NCBI GenBank assembly: GCA_900554175.1
Contig: USGK01000002.1
Location: 31,402-95,401, forward strand
DNA length: 64,000 nucleotides
Direction: 5' to 3'
Origin: an uncultured Clostridium sp.
Lineage (GTDB): Bacteria > Bacillota > Clostridia > TANB77 > CAG-508
The notes below the pieces were generated by a model that was given only the letters and a program-made list of their open reading frames with translations, did no database searches and was not told the DNA's origin. Made by a program: the position numbers and the translations under genes. Shown piece after piece: positions 9,684 through 20,800 of the stretch. Each line of letters starts with the position of its first letter. Position 1 is the first letter of the stretch.

Positions 9684-9791
9684 CTCTCACTTTCTTTTTT
9701 TAATATATATATATTATACATATATTATTTACAAATATGAAATGTACAAATTTCTATTTTTCACTATAATTATATCATAAAAAAAATTTTT

Positions 9792-12700
9792 TTAACATCT
9801 TTCTGGAGATTTTTTATCTGGAGATTTATCTTCTTTTTCTTCTTGCTCATCTCCAATAATTTCATGATCATCATCATTAATTTTTAACTCTGCATTTATT
9901 TCATCTAGTTTTCTTTGTTTTTCTTTTAATTCTTGTTCTTGTGGAAATTCTTTTTGACTTTCTACTTTAGCATTTTCTAGTTGTAGTTTAGTATTATCAA
10001 GTTTCTCTCTTTCAAGTGGAATATCTCTTGCAATATTCTCTAAACAATTATTTATTCTTGTAATATTACCATTTGCATCCACACCTAAATCAATCGTATA
10101 ACTAAATTTATTCTTTAGCTTTAACTTTATATTTCTAGTAATAGAGTCAAAGCTAATTTCCATTTTGAAGCCTCTATATTCTCCAACTTCTTTTACTTCC
10201 ATACTCTTTAATAATTGAGTACATTCTAAAAGTTTCTTTCCTGCATCTGCTTTTTCAGAGTATTCTTTACCATCAATTATCATTGGAGAAAATCCATCCA
10301 TATTTGGTTTAGTATATTCTTGTAATTTTATAGTATCTTCTTCCATTGCTGCAATTTTGTTATTTAATCTTGTAATTTCTTCAGGATAATACTTTATAAC
10401 TTTATCTTGTAAAGCATACTTTTGATTCATAAAGTTTTGCCTTAATAATTTCAATTTTGATATTTCACTATCTAAATTAGTCTTTTCCAAAATTAGAGGA
10501 TTACCTGTTGCTAATGCTTTTATTTCCCCATAAGACAGAGCTTTCTCATCTATATCTTCCATACTTCTTGCAGGAGTTTTAGATGTCATTATTTGAGAAA
10601 TAAACTTTTGCTTTTGTTCTACTAATTGATACATATAAGCATCAAAAGTTTTTTCAGTAACATAAGAATAAACGAAAACTTTTTCATTCTCGTTACCCTG
10701 TCTTATCATTCTACCATTTCTTTGTGTTAAATCGCTTGGTTTCCAAGCACAATCTAAATGGTGTAAAGCAATAAGTTTATCTTGAACATTAGTACCTGCT
10801 CCCATTTTAGAAGTAGAACCCATTAAAACTCTAACTTCTCCCTGTCTTACTTTGCTAAATAGTTCTTTCTTCTTTGTTTCATTATCTGCCTCATGAATAA
10901 AAGCTATTTCTTCTTCAGGAATACCTTTTTCAATAAGTTTTGTTTTAAGCTCATTATAAACATCTGTAAATTCTTCTTTTTCAAAACCTTTCATATCTTT
11001 AGGAGTAGATAAATCACAAAATACAAGTTGTGTTGATTTTTTATCAGAATTTTCGCTCCATATTTTATAAACATTTTCACAACAAGAATTAACTTTGCTA
11101 GTATCACTATCAGGTAATAATGGATTCATAAGCCTTTGCTCTAATGCTAATTTTCTACCCTCATTTGTTATTTTAAGCATATTATCTACTGATGCATCTA
11201 TTGAGCCACTTCTAATACGATCTGCTCTTTTTCCTAATTCTGTTACCATATCTTGTTGTATTTCGCTAGGTTTTACAACCACATTTATATTTTCAAATTC
11301 AGGAGTTGGAAGATTCAATGTTTCAGCAGTTTGTATGTCAGCAACTTCTTTAAACATAGCCATAAGTTCAGGAAGATTATGAAATTTTGCAAATCTTGTT
11401 TTAGCTCTGTAGCCTGTACCTTCAGGTGCAAGTTCTATTGCAGTAACTGTTTCTCCAAATGTACTAGCCCAATTATCAAAATGTTCTAATTCATTTTTTC
11501 TTAATTCTCCATATTGTAAATATCTCTGCATTGTATATAATTCTGCCATTGAATTACTTACTGGAGTTCCTGTTGCAAAGACTGTGCCTTTGCCTCCTGT
11601 TATTTCATCAAGATAACGACATTTCATAAACAAATCAGAACTTTTTTGTGCCTCTGTTTGTGCAAGTCCTCCTACATTTCTCATTTTTGTATATAAAAAT
11701 AAGTTTTTATAATTATGAGCCTCATCTACAAACAATTTATCAACACCTAGTTCTTCAAAAGTTACTACATCATCTTTTCTTTCTTGTTTATTTAATTTTT
11801 CAAGTCTTGTTTCTAATGTTCTCTTTGTTTTTTCTAATTGTTTTATAGTATAATTTTCTCCCCTACTTGCTTTTACATCTGCAATACCTCTTGTTATATC
11901 ATCGATTTGTTCTCTTAATATTTCCTCTTGTCTTTCAATAGACATTGGTATTCTTTCAAATTGAGAATGTCCTATAATTACTGCATCAAAATCTCCTGTT
12001 GCTATTCTTGAACAAAACTTCTTTCTATTTTTAGTTTCAAAGTCTTTTTTAGTTGCAACAAGAATATTAGCAGATGGATATAATTGCAAAAATTCACTAG
12101 CAAATTGCTCTATTATGTGATTAGGGACAACAAATAAAGACTTGTTACATAGTCCAAGTCTTTTACTTTCCATTGCTGCTGCAACCATCTCAAATGTTTT
12201 TCCTGCTCCAACTTCATGTGCTAATAAAACATTATTACCATATAAAACATGTGCAATAGCATTTAATTGATGAGGTCGCAATTTTATTTCAGGATTCATT
12301 CCTACAAAATCTATATGTGAGCCATCATACTCACGAGGTCTTATTGAATTAAATTTATCATTATAAATTCTTACAAGTTTATTTCTTCTTTCAGGATCTT
12401 CCCATACCCAATTTAAAAATTCCTCTTTGATAGTATCTTGTTTGCTACTGGCAATAGCTGTTTCCTTTCTATTAAGAACTCTTTGTTTTCTACCATCTTC
12501 ATCAATAATAGTATCAAATATTTTTACATCTTTTAGATTTAATGTTTGTTCTATTATTTTATATGCATTTATTCTTGGTGTTCCATATACTGAGTATGCT
12601 TTTACATTTTCTCTATCAGAGCTTTTATTTTCTATATACCATTCTGCATTTATATTAGAATACTTTACTTTAATATCCCATTGCTTATATCTTGGTGTAT

Positions 12701-15700
12701 CTAATAATTCAAAAATAAATTGTCTTATTACTTCAGGAGGTATCCATGTTGCACCTAATTTAATTCCTATTTCACTAGCAGTTAAATCTTTAGGTATAAC
12801 CTCTTTTAGATTATCTACATTTATTTGATATTCAGGATGTTCAGCTAATTGACTTTCTGCGATTTTTAATTTTTCTCTAACATTTCCTGATAAATATTCA
12901 TCAGCAGTTACATATTTTTCTTCTATTGGAACTTTGAATATTACTCCTTTTAGTTCGTTTATAATTGTATCTTTATCTTTTCCAGTTAATTCAGACATAT
13001 AATCTAAATCTACTTTTGCTTTTTCTTGAATAGATAGAATTAGAGCCTCATCTGAAGTATCAACTTCTTTTATTTCTTTTTTTGCTTTTATAGTTCTTTT
13101 TGTGAACATATCTGCTTTTCCAATAAAATTACCTTCTCCATCTAATTTTTCAAGTGAGCATAACAAGAAATAACTACTATCATTTGAAAAAGCATTCTCA
13201 TTTGCCCTAGAATTAATTAAGCCATAGTCTTTTGTAAATTTATCATATAATTGATTAAGTTTTGCTTGTGCAAGATAAATATCTCCATCAGAAAAATCTT
13301 GCATTTGAAAATCTATAAGTTCTCTTACTTGCTCTCTTAATGCAATTAAGCCTCTAATTCTGTTTTGATTTGTTAATGGTAAATCATCTTGTAATAGCAT
13401 TCTTGAATTTTCTCTAAAATACAATTTGTTATCAACTATTGCATAAGAAAAATTCTTTACATCAGGAGTTGCAGGAATAGATGTATCTTCTGTTTCTATC
13501 TCGTTTTCAATAGATATAGCTTGTATTTCTCCATGAATATTAGTAATGGCAACATTCAATCTATCTTCTAATTTTTCTCCATCTATTGCTTTACAAGTAG
13601 AATCAAAGCCATATTGTGTACTCTCTATCTCCATTTTTCCTAAAATCATATTAGGTTTATCAACAAAATATTTATTCATTGTGATATTATTTTCATCTTG
13701 ATCTAAATATACCCAGTCTGGCATTATATCAGTTAAGTTTTCTCTCTTTTGTAAAAAGATAATATCTGATGTAACTTTTGTTCCTGCATTTTTAGTAAAT
13801 GTATTATCAGGTAATCTAATCGCACCAAGTAAGTTTGCTCTTTGTGCTATATACTTTCTAACATCAGGACTTGCTTTGTCCATAGTTCCTTTTGATGTAA
13901 TAAAAGCAACTACTCCTCCTGGTCTTATTTTATCTAAAGTCTTTGCGAAGAAATAATCATGAATTAAGAAATTGTTTTTATCATATCTTTTATCATTTAC
14001 TTTGAAATCTCCAAAAGGTACATTTCCAAGTGCTACATCATAAAAAGAATCAGGTAAATCTGCCTTTTCATAACCTTGCACTTTGATATTCGCATTTTGA
14101 TATAACTGCTTTGCTATTCTTCCACTAATACTATCTAATTCAACACCATATAATTTTGACTTTTGCATTTCTTGTGGCAACATTCCTAAAAAGTTTCCTG
14201 TTCCACAACTTGGCTCTAATATGTTTACTTCTTCAGCTCCCATATTATGAATTGCTTTATATATTGCATTTATAACAATAGGTGGTGTATAAAAAGCAGT
14301 TAGGGTACTTGCTCTTGCAGAATTATATTCTTCAGGAGTTAATAATGATTTTAATTCATTATATTCTTGCGACCAATTATCTTTTTTCTCATCAAATACA
14401 TCAGGAAGACCACCCCAACCTACATATTGAGAAAGAATTTCTTGTTCTTCTTGATTTGCAAGTCTTTTTTCATCTTCTAGCTCTCTTAATAATTTTATAG
14501 CCTCTATATTTCTTCTAACTTTTTCTTTTGGAGTTCCTTCTCCTAAAGAGTTATTATCAATATGATAATTTATTTTGTCTTGCTTAATTTTAGATTCTGT
14601 TTCTACAATAGGTTCTTCTATTACTTCTTCAAAATTTCTTGGATTATTATTATATAGATTTAATGCTCTTAAATAACTTTCATTTCTAGTCATTGGATAA
14701 TGAGCTTCTTCATACATTGTCATATCCATTAAAACTATTTGGTCATATTCTCTATTAAAAGCCTCAACTCTATATTTTCTTTCATTTTCTAAATAGATAA
14801 TTTGTCCTATTTCAAATTCAGGCTTATCTTCTTTTAGCTCGTTTACTGCATTTATTGCATTATTTATAACAACTTGTTTAACTTCTTCTGCAACATCTTC
14901 AACTTTTTGACCACTTGTAATGTAGTCCATATCATCTTGTGATACTTCTTTAAGATTACTATCGGCTAGTTCTTCAATATCAGTAAATTCTGCAAGTCTT
15001 TTTCTAATGCTCATTAAAGTTTCATTTTCTTCATTGTCAGAATATTCTAATAAGCCACCATCTTGTTCAAATCCCAATTGATCGTATATTTCATAATAAT
15101 ATCCTTCTTCATTTGTATGAAAGTGAAAGTAATTACCATTTTTTAATTTATAGTTTTTATCTATATTTTGAATGTCTATTTCTTCAGTATCATTTGATTT
15201 ATCTTCGTCAAATACTCTATTAAACATCCACTTTTCATTTTCATAGTCATTTTCTAGCCAATTTTGATATTCTTCTTTTTCGTTATCAACAAAATATCTA
15301 TCTAATAAGATAAGCTCTCCAATTCGTTTTTCTATTGTGTTCCAATTAACTTGCATTGTATCTTCAACATCTCTTTTAGATAGTTTAATACCCTTACTTG
15401 GACTATATTCAACCCATATACCATCAAGACCTTTTACACCACTTGTTCCATAATAGTTAAATTCTTTTTTCAGAAAATCTTGTCTTTCTTTTGATGAAAA
15501 AGTTTCTTGATATAAGCGATATACCCTAAATTTACCATTTTCATGACCAGTTCCATCTTGTAATGCTTTATCTATCATCTCTTGGGTAAAAGAAAAAGCA
15601 GGAGTATTTTCTACTTCTGCTTGTGTTTCTATATTATCAATTTGTTGTTCTACACTAGGTAATTCTTTAATTGGTGGTATATAACTATCAGAGAATAGAT

Positions 15701-16883
15701 TTAATTGTAAATTAGTTCCTGCATTACTATTTCCTCTGCTTGTGCTTTGATTGAATTCATCTGTCCTACCCATTCCATTTGATTGTTTGCTTTCATTTCC
15801 TCGTTCACTTTGAATTTCTCTGCTAATTGTTTGATTATTTCTTTCACTCTCGTTTGAGATGTCTGTTCTATTTCTCCTAAATGTTCTTCCATTTTGCCAT
15901 CCATCATTAGCTCTGTGTAAAGTCCTTTTTTGTGTTCTTTCAGAAATGCTAACCTCATTCTTGAATATTTCCCTTGTGGTAGGTTCTTCGTTTTTGGTAA
16001 TGCCACCTGTGGTACTTGATAATCTCCCATTTGTTTGTATGTTACTTCTATCATAATCATCACTTCTCCTTTCTTTACTTTCATGATACTCTCTATTATT
16101 ATTTTTAACAAATGTGTAATTTTTATTATTTATAGATTTTTCTATATTTATGACAGTAGAATATATTTCTCGTAATTCTTGTTCTGCAATATCACTTATT
16201 GCTGCACCTAATCTTGAAATAACTTGTCTTGTATCAAAACTTGTTATTTGATTAAATGATTCTACATTAAATTCTTCAGATGGATCTAGTCTACATCTTT
16301 TCATTACCATATATGTAATTGAATTAGTAAGCAAAGTTATAAAAGCACCATCAACTTCATTTTCTTCTAAATCTTTTAATGAACTATATTTTACAACTTC
16401 TTTAAGTTCTTTCAAATAGTCATTAAGATTATCTTCTACTAGGTTTTGTGTTGCTGAATAAATTGCCTCACCTAAATTATTTTTTATTACTAAATCTCCA
16501 AAGTTATTTTCTAATGTTTCAATAAGTCCATTGTGATATGATTCTTTAACTTCCCATAGTTTTAATTCTTTATTTATTCCACTATAAGTATCTGATATAT
16601 CAAAAACATGTCTTATAATATTTCTACCATCTTGTAAAGAAATAAGAGCAATACCTTTTGCACCTTTAGTAACCCATCTTTTCAGTCTTTTATTCCAAAC
16701 TTCAATTTCTGCACAAGCAGTAGCATCAGGTTTTTGAGCATATATTAAAACTTGTTCATTAAAATCATATTTGTAATTACTACTTGCAGTATCAAGAAAT
16801 TTTACCCATTCTTCTGGTTTAGATGTTATATCTTTTAATGTTTCTCTTGCCATTTCGTTGATTAGTTGATATTTATTAGGCAT
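9792..16883 (-). CDS. giant multidomain ICE protein: ArdC-like N-domain, N6-adenine DNA methyltransferase, SNF2/DEAD-type helicase, C-terminal coiled coil
   Basis: 2363 aa. MTase motif [14 protein letters not shown] and motif IV GNVPFG. Helicase motif [35 protein letters not shown]. Start overlaps the stop of the 78-aa ORF (TAATG). Confidence 0.9.
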   Translation of the reverse strand: MPNKYQLINEMARETLKDITSKPEEWVKFLDTASSNYKYDFNEQVLIYAQKPDATACAEIEVWNKRLKRWVTKGAKGIALISLQDGRNIIRHVFDISDTYSGINKELKLWEVKESYHNGLIETLENNFGDLVIKNNLGEAIYSATQNLVEDNLNDYLKELKEVVKYSSLKDLEENEVDGAFITLLTNSITYMVMKRCRLDPSEEFNVESFNQITSFDTRQVISRLGAAISDIAEQELREIYSTVINIEKSINNKNYTFVKNNNREYHESKERRSDDYDRSNIQTNGRLSSTTGGITKNEEPTTREIFKNEVSISERTQKRTLHRANDGWQNGRTFRRNRTDISNESERNNQTISREIQSERGNESKQSNGMGRTDEFNQSTSRGNSNAGTNLQLNLFSDSYIPPIKELPSVEQQIDNIETQAEVENTPAFSFTQEMIDKALQDGTGHENGKFRVYRLYQETFSSKERQDFLKKEFNYYGTSGVKGLDGIWVEYSPSKGIKLSKRDVEDTMQVNWNTIEKRIGELILLDRYFVDNEKEEYQNWLENDYENEKWMFNRVFDEDKSNDTEEIDIQNIDKNYKLKNGNYFHFHTNEEGYYYEIYDQLGFEQDGGLLEYSDNEENETLMSIRKRLAEFTDIEELADSNLKEVSQDDMDYITSGQKVEDVAEEVKQVVINNAINAVNELKEDKPEFEIGQIIYLENERKYRVEAFNREYDQIVLMDMTMYEEAHYPMTRNESYLRALNLYNNNPRNFEEVIEEPIVETESKIKQDKINYHIDNNSLGEGTPKEKVRRNIEAIKLLRELEDEKRLANQEEQEILSQYVGWGGLPDVFDEKKDNWSQEYNELKSLLTPEEYNSARASTLTAFYTPPIVINAIYKAIHNMGAEEVNILEPSCGTGNFLGMLPQEMQKSKLYGVELDSISGRIAKQLYQNANIKVQGYEKADLPDSFYDVALGNVPFGDFKVNDKRYDKNNFLIHDYFFAKTLDKIRPGGVVAFITSKGTMDKASPDVRKYIAQRANLLGAIRLPDNTFTKNAGTKVTSDIIFLQKRENLTDIMPDWVYLDQDENNITMNKYFVDKPNMILGKMEIESTQYGFDSTCKAIDGEKLEDRLNVAITNIHGEIQAISIENEIETEDTSIPATPDVKNFSYAIVDNKLYFRENSRMLLQDDLPLTNQNRIRGLIALREQVRELIDFQMQDFSDGDIYLAQAKLNQLYDKFTKDYGLINSRANENAFSNDSSYFLLCSLEKLDGEGNFIGKADMFTKRTIKAKKEIKEVDTSDEALILSIQEKAKVDLDYMSELTGKDKDTIINELKGVIFKVPIEEKYVTADEYLSGNVREKLKIAESQLAEHPEYQINVDNLKEVIPKDLTASEIGIKLGATWIPPEVIRQFIFELLDTPRYKQWDIKVKYSNINAEWYIENKSSDRENVKAYSVYGTPRINAYKIIEQTLNLKDVKIFDTIIDEDGRKQRVLNRKETAIASSKQDTIKEEFLNWVWEDPERRNKLVRIYNDKFNSIRPREYDGSHIDFVGMNPEIKLRPHQLNAIAHVLYGNNVLLAHEVGAGKTFEMVAAAMESKRLGLCNKSLFVVPNHIIEQFASEFLQLYPSANILVATKKDFETKNRKKFCSRIATGDFDAVIIGHSQFERIPMSIERQEEILREQIDDITRGIADVKASRGENYTIKQLEKTKRTLETRLEKLNKQERKDDVVTFEELGVDKLFVDEAHNYKNLFLYTKMRNVGGLAQTEAQKSSDLFMKCRYLDEITGGKGTVFATGTPVSNSMAELYTMQRYLQYGELRKNELEHFDNWASTFGETVTAIELAPEGTGYRAKTRFAKFHNLPELMAMFKEVADIQTAETLNLPTPEFENINVVVKPSEIQQDMVTELGKRADRIRSGSIDASVDNMLKITNEGRKLALEQRLMNPLLPDSDTSKVNSCCENVYKIWSENSDKKSTQLVFCDLSTPKDMKGFEKEEFTDVYNELKTKLIEKGIPEEEIAFIHEADNETKKKELFSKVRQGEVRVLMGSTSKMGAGTNVQDKLIALHHLDCAWKPSDLTQRNGRMIRQGNENEKVFVYSYVTEKTFDAYMYQLVEQKQKFISQIMTSKTPARSMEDIDEKALSYGEIKALATGNPLILEKTNLDSEISKLKLLRQNFMNQKYALQDKVIKYYPEEITRLNNKIAAMEEDTIKLQEYTKPNMDGFSPMIIDGKEYSEKADAGKKLLECTQLLKSMEVKEVGEYRGFKMEISFDSITRNIKLKLKNKFSYTIDLGVDANGNITRINNCLENIARDIPLEREKLDNTKLQLENAKVESQKEFPQEQELKEKQRKLDEINAELKINDDDHEIIGDEQEEKEDKSPDKKSPERC
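15701..16060 (-). CDS. tnpV: TnpV-family protein encoded out of frame inside the giant ORF
   Basis: ORF track 15701-16111, in a different frame from 9792-16883. AAAGGAGAAGTG precedes ATG at 16060 (second ATG at 16054). Has its own TAA. Product has TnpV hallmarks: [64 protein letters not shown]. Confidence 0.75.
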   Translation of the reverse strand: MIMIEVTYKQMGDYQVPQVALPKTKNLPQGKYSRMRLAFLKEHKKGLYTELMMDGKMEEHLGEIEQTSQTRVKEIIKQLAEKFKVNEEMKANNQMEWVGQMNSIKAQAEEIVMQELIYN

Positions 16884-17119
16884 TAACTTTCCTCCTTTCT
16901 CTCTTCTTTTTTAGCTGGTTCATTATCATCTTTTAAGTATTCTAATGTATTTCTTTCCTTTACATATTTCCTTAAAAGAATAATATTTTTAACATCTTTA
17001 TCTTCAGTTATTGTTTCTAAATCTTCTATTTGTAATTTTGAAATAGAAGTTTCATCTCCTTTTCCAATTTCAAATAGTTTCATTAGTGTTCTATATCTTG
17101 AATTGTCCTTTCTAGGCAT
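16883..17119 (-). CDS. small ICE hypothetical protein (78 aa)
   Basis: Translationally coupled (TAATG) to the giant gene. GGAGGTG RBS upstream. Charged. Confidence 0.5.
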   Translation of the reverse strand: MPRKDNSRYRTLMKLFEIGKGDETSISKLQIEDLETITEDKDVKNIILLRKYVKERNTLEYLKDDNEPAKKEERKEES

Positions 17120-17140
17120 CTTAACACCTCCATTTTAAGT

Positions 17141-17169
17141 AACAAAAAGAGTTAGAATATATCTAACTC
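17141..17169 (-). terminator. rho-independent terminator after GNAT-like gene
   Basis: GAGTTAGA-ATATA-TCTAACTC stem-loop followed on the minus strand by TTTTTGTT. Confidence 0.6.
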
Positions 17170-17179
17170 CTCATAATTA

Positions 17180-17836
17180 CTACACTACTTTTTTTCTCAT
17201 ATATTTTGTATTTTCAATAAAATCAAAACCATTCATCTTATAAAAAGATATTAATTTTTCCATTAATAGTTCTTTATTTTTATTATTATCAGAAACATTT
17301 TGATATCCTTTTTCTTTATTTAGTACTCTTGGTTGTGGTAAAACTATTATTTTACATGTGAATAAATTTGTATAAAAGTATAATATTTCATCTAAATTAT
17401 CTATAATATAACTACCTATACCCATATTTCTAAACTGTTTATTTATATAAAAATCTTCTATATAAGTTATAGTTTCATTTTCTTCTGCTATCTCTGGTCT
17501 AATATTATTGTCCTCTCCGATTATTGCACAAGCCATATCATAGAAATCCCAGCCTCTACAATCTGCAACATCATGAAAATCTATATCAAATCTTGTAAAA
17601 TCCATTGGGATAAAAATGCTACCTCTTATATGTCCAATTTTCATTTCAGAATCATCTTCAAGATTAGTTGCATATATCTCTATCCAAAAATCTGTTATAA
17701 ATCGACTATCATATTCCATCCCTTCGATATGATTCAATGCATCTTCAGTTACATACATCAAATTTGGTCTTCGGATATGTGTTTTGAAAGATATAGAATC
17801 CCATCCTTTTTTCTCTAATTTTTCTAATTCATACAT
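17180..17836 (-). CDS. GNAT-fold acetyltransferase-like cargo protein
   Basis: 218 aa. FYINKQFRNMGIGSYIIDNL (Q/R-x-x-G-x-G/A acetyl-CoA motif) and C-terminal ISFYKMNGFDFI. Bracketed by two hairpins. Confidence 0.55.
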   Translation of the reverse strand: MYELEKLEKKGWDSISFKTHIRRPNLMYVTEDALNHIEGMEYDSRFITDFWIEIYATNLEDDSEMKIGHIRGSIFIPMDFTRFDIDFHDVADCRGWDFYDMACAIIGEDNNIRPEIAEENETITYIEDFYINKQFRNMGIGSYIIDNLDEILYFYTNLFTCKIIVLPQPRVLNKEKGYQNVSDNNKNKELLMEKLISFYKMNGFDFIENTKYMRKKVV

Positions 17837-17862
17837 ATATAATCATTCCTTTCTTATTATTA

Positions 17863-17893
17863 AAAGAGAGCTAGAATATCTCTAACTCTCTTT
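17863..17893 (-). terminator. terminator-like hairpin after adhesin gene
   Basis: AAAGAGAGCTAGA-ATATC-TCTAACTCTCTTT, 13-bp stem with 1 mismatch. Core closely related to the hairpin at 17149-17169. Confidence 0.5.
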
Positions 17894-17899
17894 CAATTA

Positions 17900-20800
17900 T
17901 TATTTATCTTTGTTTTTATTGCGATTATGAATAATAATGTAAGCAATTCCTAATATTGATAAAATTAGTATTCCACCAATTAGTTTTATATTACTTTCAT
18001 CTCCTGTCTTTGGAACTACTATTTTCTTGTTCTCAAAAGTAAATTCTATTGTGCTATCTTTTTCTTCTATTTGTCCATTATCTACGAATATTCCTTTGTC
18101 ATTTATTTCAACTTTTGCTATTCTGCTAGATAATTCATAATCTTTTGGAGCTTTTATTTCTTTGATGTAATATGTGCCATATCTTAAATCTTCAAATAAA
18201 GCTGTTCCATCTTCTTTGTTAGATTTAACCTCTTTAATTAGTTTGGTACATTCTGGATCTTCATAAATACCAAAAATAAAATTATCTTTAATAATTTCTT
18301 TAGTTTCAGTATCTACTTTAATTACTTTTACATTTTTAAGTATTGGCATATCTTTCATCTCGATTTTTTGAGTTTCTTTATCAGCTGTAACTATGAATTT
18401 TATTTCTTCTGTTATTTCATAACCATAAGGAGCTGTTGTTTCTTTTAATATATATGTCTTTCCTTCTTCTAAATCTTTAACTTGATGTGGTTCTTTGGTA
18501 GATGTCCATTTGTCTATTGTATTTCCATCTTCATCAGTTACTTCTAGTTCTGCTCCATCTAATTCATTGCCATTTGTTATATCAGTTTTTGTAATTTCAA
18601 CTAATTTATCAATCATAACAATTTTTTGAGTAGCCTTATCTGTTGTAACTTTAAACTCAATATCAGATGCTTTTACATAGTTTCCTACTGCTAGTTCTTC
18701 ATGTAATTTATATGTTTTGTTTTCTTCAAGTCCTGTAACCTTATGAGCCTCTTTTCCAGAAGTCCATTCATCAATTACATTTCCATCTGCATCTAATACT
18801 TGTAATTTTGCTCCCTCTATTTCTTTACTAGAAATATCTTCTTTTGACATTTCAACTATTTTGTCTACAAGTTCAATATGTTCATTTTCTTTTTTATCTG
18901 AAACTTTGAACTCAACATCAGTTGCTTTAACAAATCCATCAGGAGCTACTTCTTCATGTAGTCTATATGTTTCATTTTCTTTTAAATTCTTGATTTTGTG
19001 TTCTTCTTTAGTAGAAGTCCATTCATCTACTAGATTATCATCTTTATCAAATACTTGAATTTTAGCACCCTCTATTTCTTCTCCTCCAATATCTACTTTA
19101 GACATTGATACTATTTTATCTTTCATATTTACTATTTGAATTTCATTAGTATCTTTAATAATGAATTTGATTTCAGTAGCTATAACATATCTCTCTGGAG
19201 CAATTTCTTCTTTTAGTTTGTATTCTTTTCCTATTTTTAGTCCCTCAATTTTGTAAGTTTTTTCAGTAGAAATCCACTCATCAATTACATTATCTTCAGA
19301 ATCTAAAACTTGTAATTTTGCTCCTGCAAGTTCTTTATCGCCTGTAATATCTGTTTTTGAAAAATCTACTAATGTTGTATCATTGATAACATCTAATTTT
19401 TCATCATAAACTTTTGTAGTTAAGTCTTTTTGTTCATATTTAACCTCATATTTATTTCTATTTAATACAAGTCCATCTAAAGTTTTAGTTTCTTCAATTT
19501 CATAAGTTCCCATTGGTAATTCTGAAATTATTAGTTTTCCATCTTTAGTTAGATTATATTTATTTATTTCTTGACCTTTATTATAAATTTTGCTACCATC
19601 AGCCATATCAATAATATCTTCTTTTGCAGTTAGTTTAAATTCAATACCTGATAAATCAGATATATCTATTAATGATGTATCCACATCTTCTCTTAATGCT
19701 ATTTCTTTATCTAATTCTATAGTTCCTGTTGGTTGTTCATTTTTTACTACTACTTCTTTAATAAAATCTCCATCTTTATCAGTATCATAATCTTTGATAT
19801 TCTTTATTTCAAAAGTAACAGGTTTATCTAATTGTAAAAATCCATTAGGTACTTTTATCTCTGTAATTTCATAACTACCTACAGGCAATTTTAATGGTGT
19901 CGTAACCTCTGATTTATTATCGTTTGTAGTATTAAAAGAATTATTAGGAACAACTATATTATCTGCATTTGTTGTAAATGAAGTATATGTTGTATTTCCT
20001 ATTTTTTGAGATATAGCCTCTCCTTTTTTGAATAATATCTTTTTTGTAGCACGATCATAAATATCTTTTGTTGCCTTAATTTCAAATGTTGTTGAATTTA
20101 ATGTAACATTTTTTCCAGTTTTTAAGTCTTTCTTTACTATTTTAATGTAAGATTCTAATTGTTCATTATTTACTACAATATGTTTAGTTTTCTTTGATAC
20201 TTCATTTATTTCTGTTTCATCATTAGTAATTGAGAAAGTAAAATCAACTGCTGTTTCATAATCTGTTGGTGTTTTTGTTTCTTTTACTATATATTTTCCA
20301 TAAGGAAGATTATTTTGTGTATATGCATTTCCATCTTTATCAGTTTTAATAATTTCGTAAGTTGGAGCAATAACTTGAGCTTGAGAAACTCTATTAGCAT
20401 TTACATTTACTTTATTACCTTCTTCATCAATACCATTCCATACTTCTGCATAAGTATAACCTTGCTCGTATGCTTTTTCTACTGCTGAATTTAATTTTAT
20501 AGTAAATTCTGCACCCTCTAATCCTGGTGTTTCTCCTGAATTTTCCTTTATACCAGATTTAAAAATATGAACTCCCATTTCTTTTACTTTTTCTAAACTT
20601 GTTGTAGTATTAAAAATAACTTTTGTATTTTGGTCTTTATAAACTAAATTAACCTCATATTCTTTAGTATCTATCATATATCCCAAAGATGCTGTTTCTT
20701 CTTTAACTACATATTTTCCTAAAGGTAAATTAGTGATATCTTCTGTAGTTCCTTTTTCATTCATTGTTCTAGTAGCTACTAAATCGCCATTAGAATAAAA

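Noticed and set aside
9684-9791. Single-strand (Frpo-like) hairpin promoter in the AT-rich gaps flanking the acidic 110-aa gene
   Set aside because: I found only short ATTTGTA direct repeats and alternating AT runs. There is no long imperfect hairpin that could reconstitute -35/-10 elements, so I make no such call.
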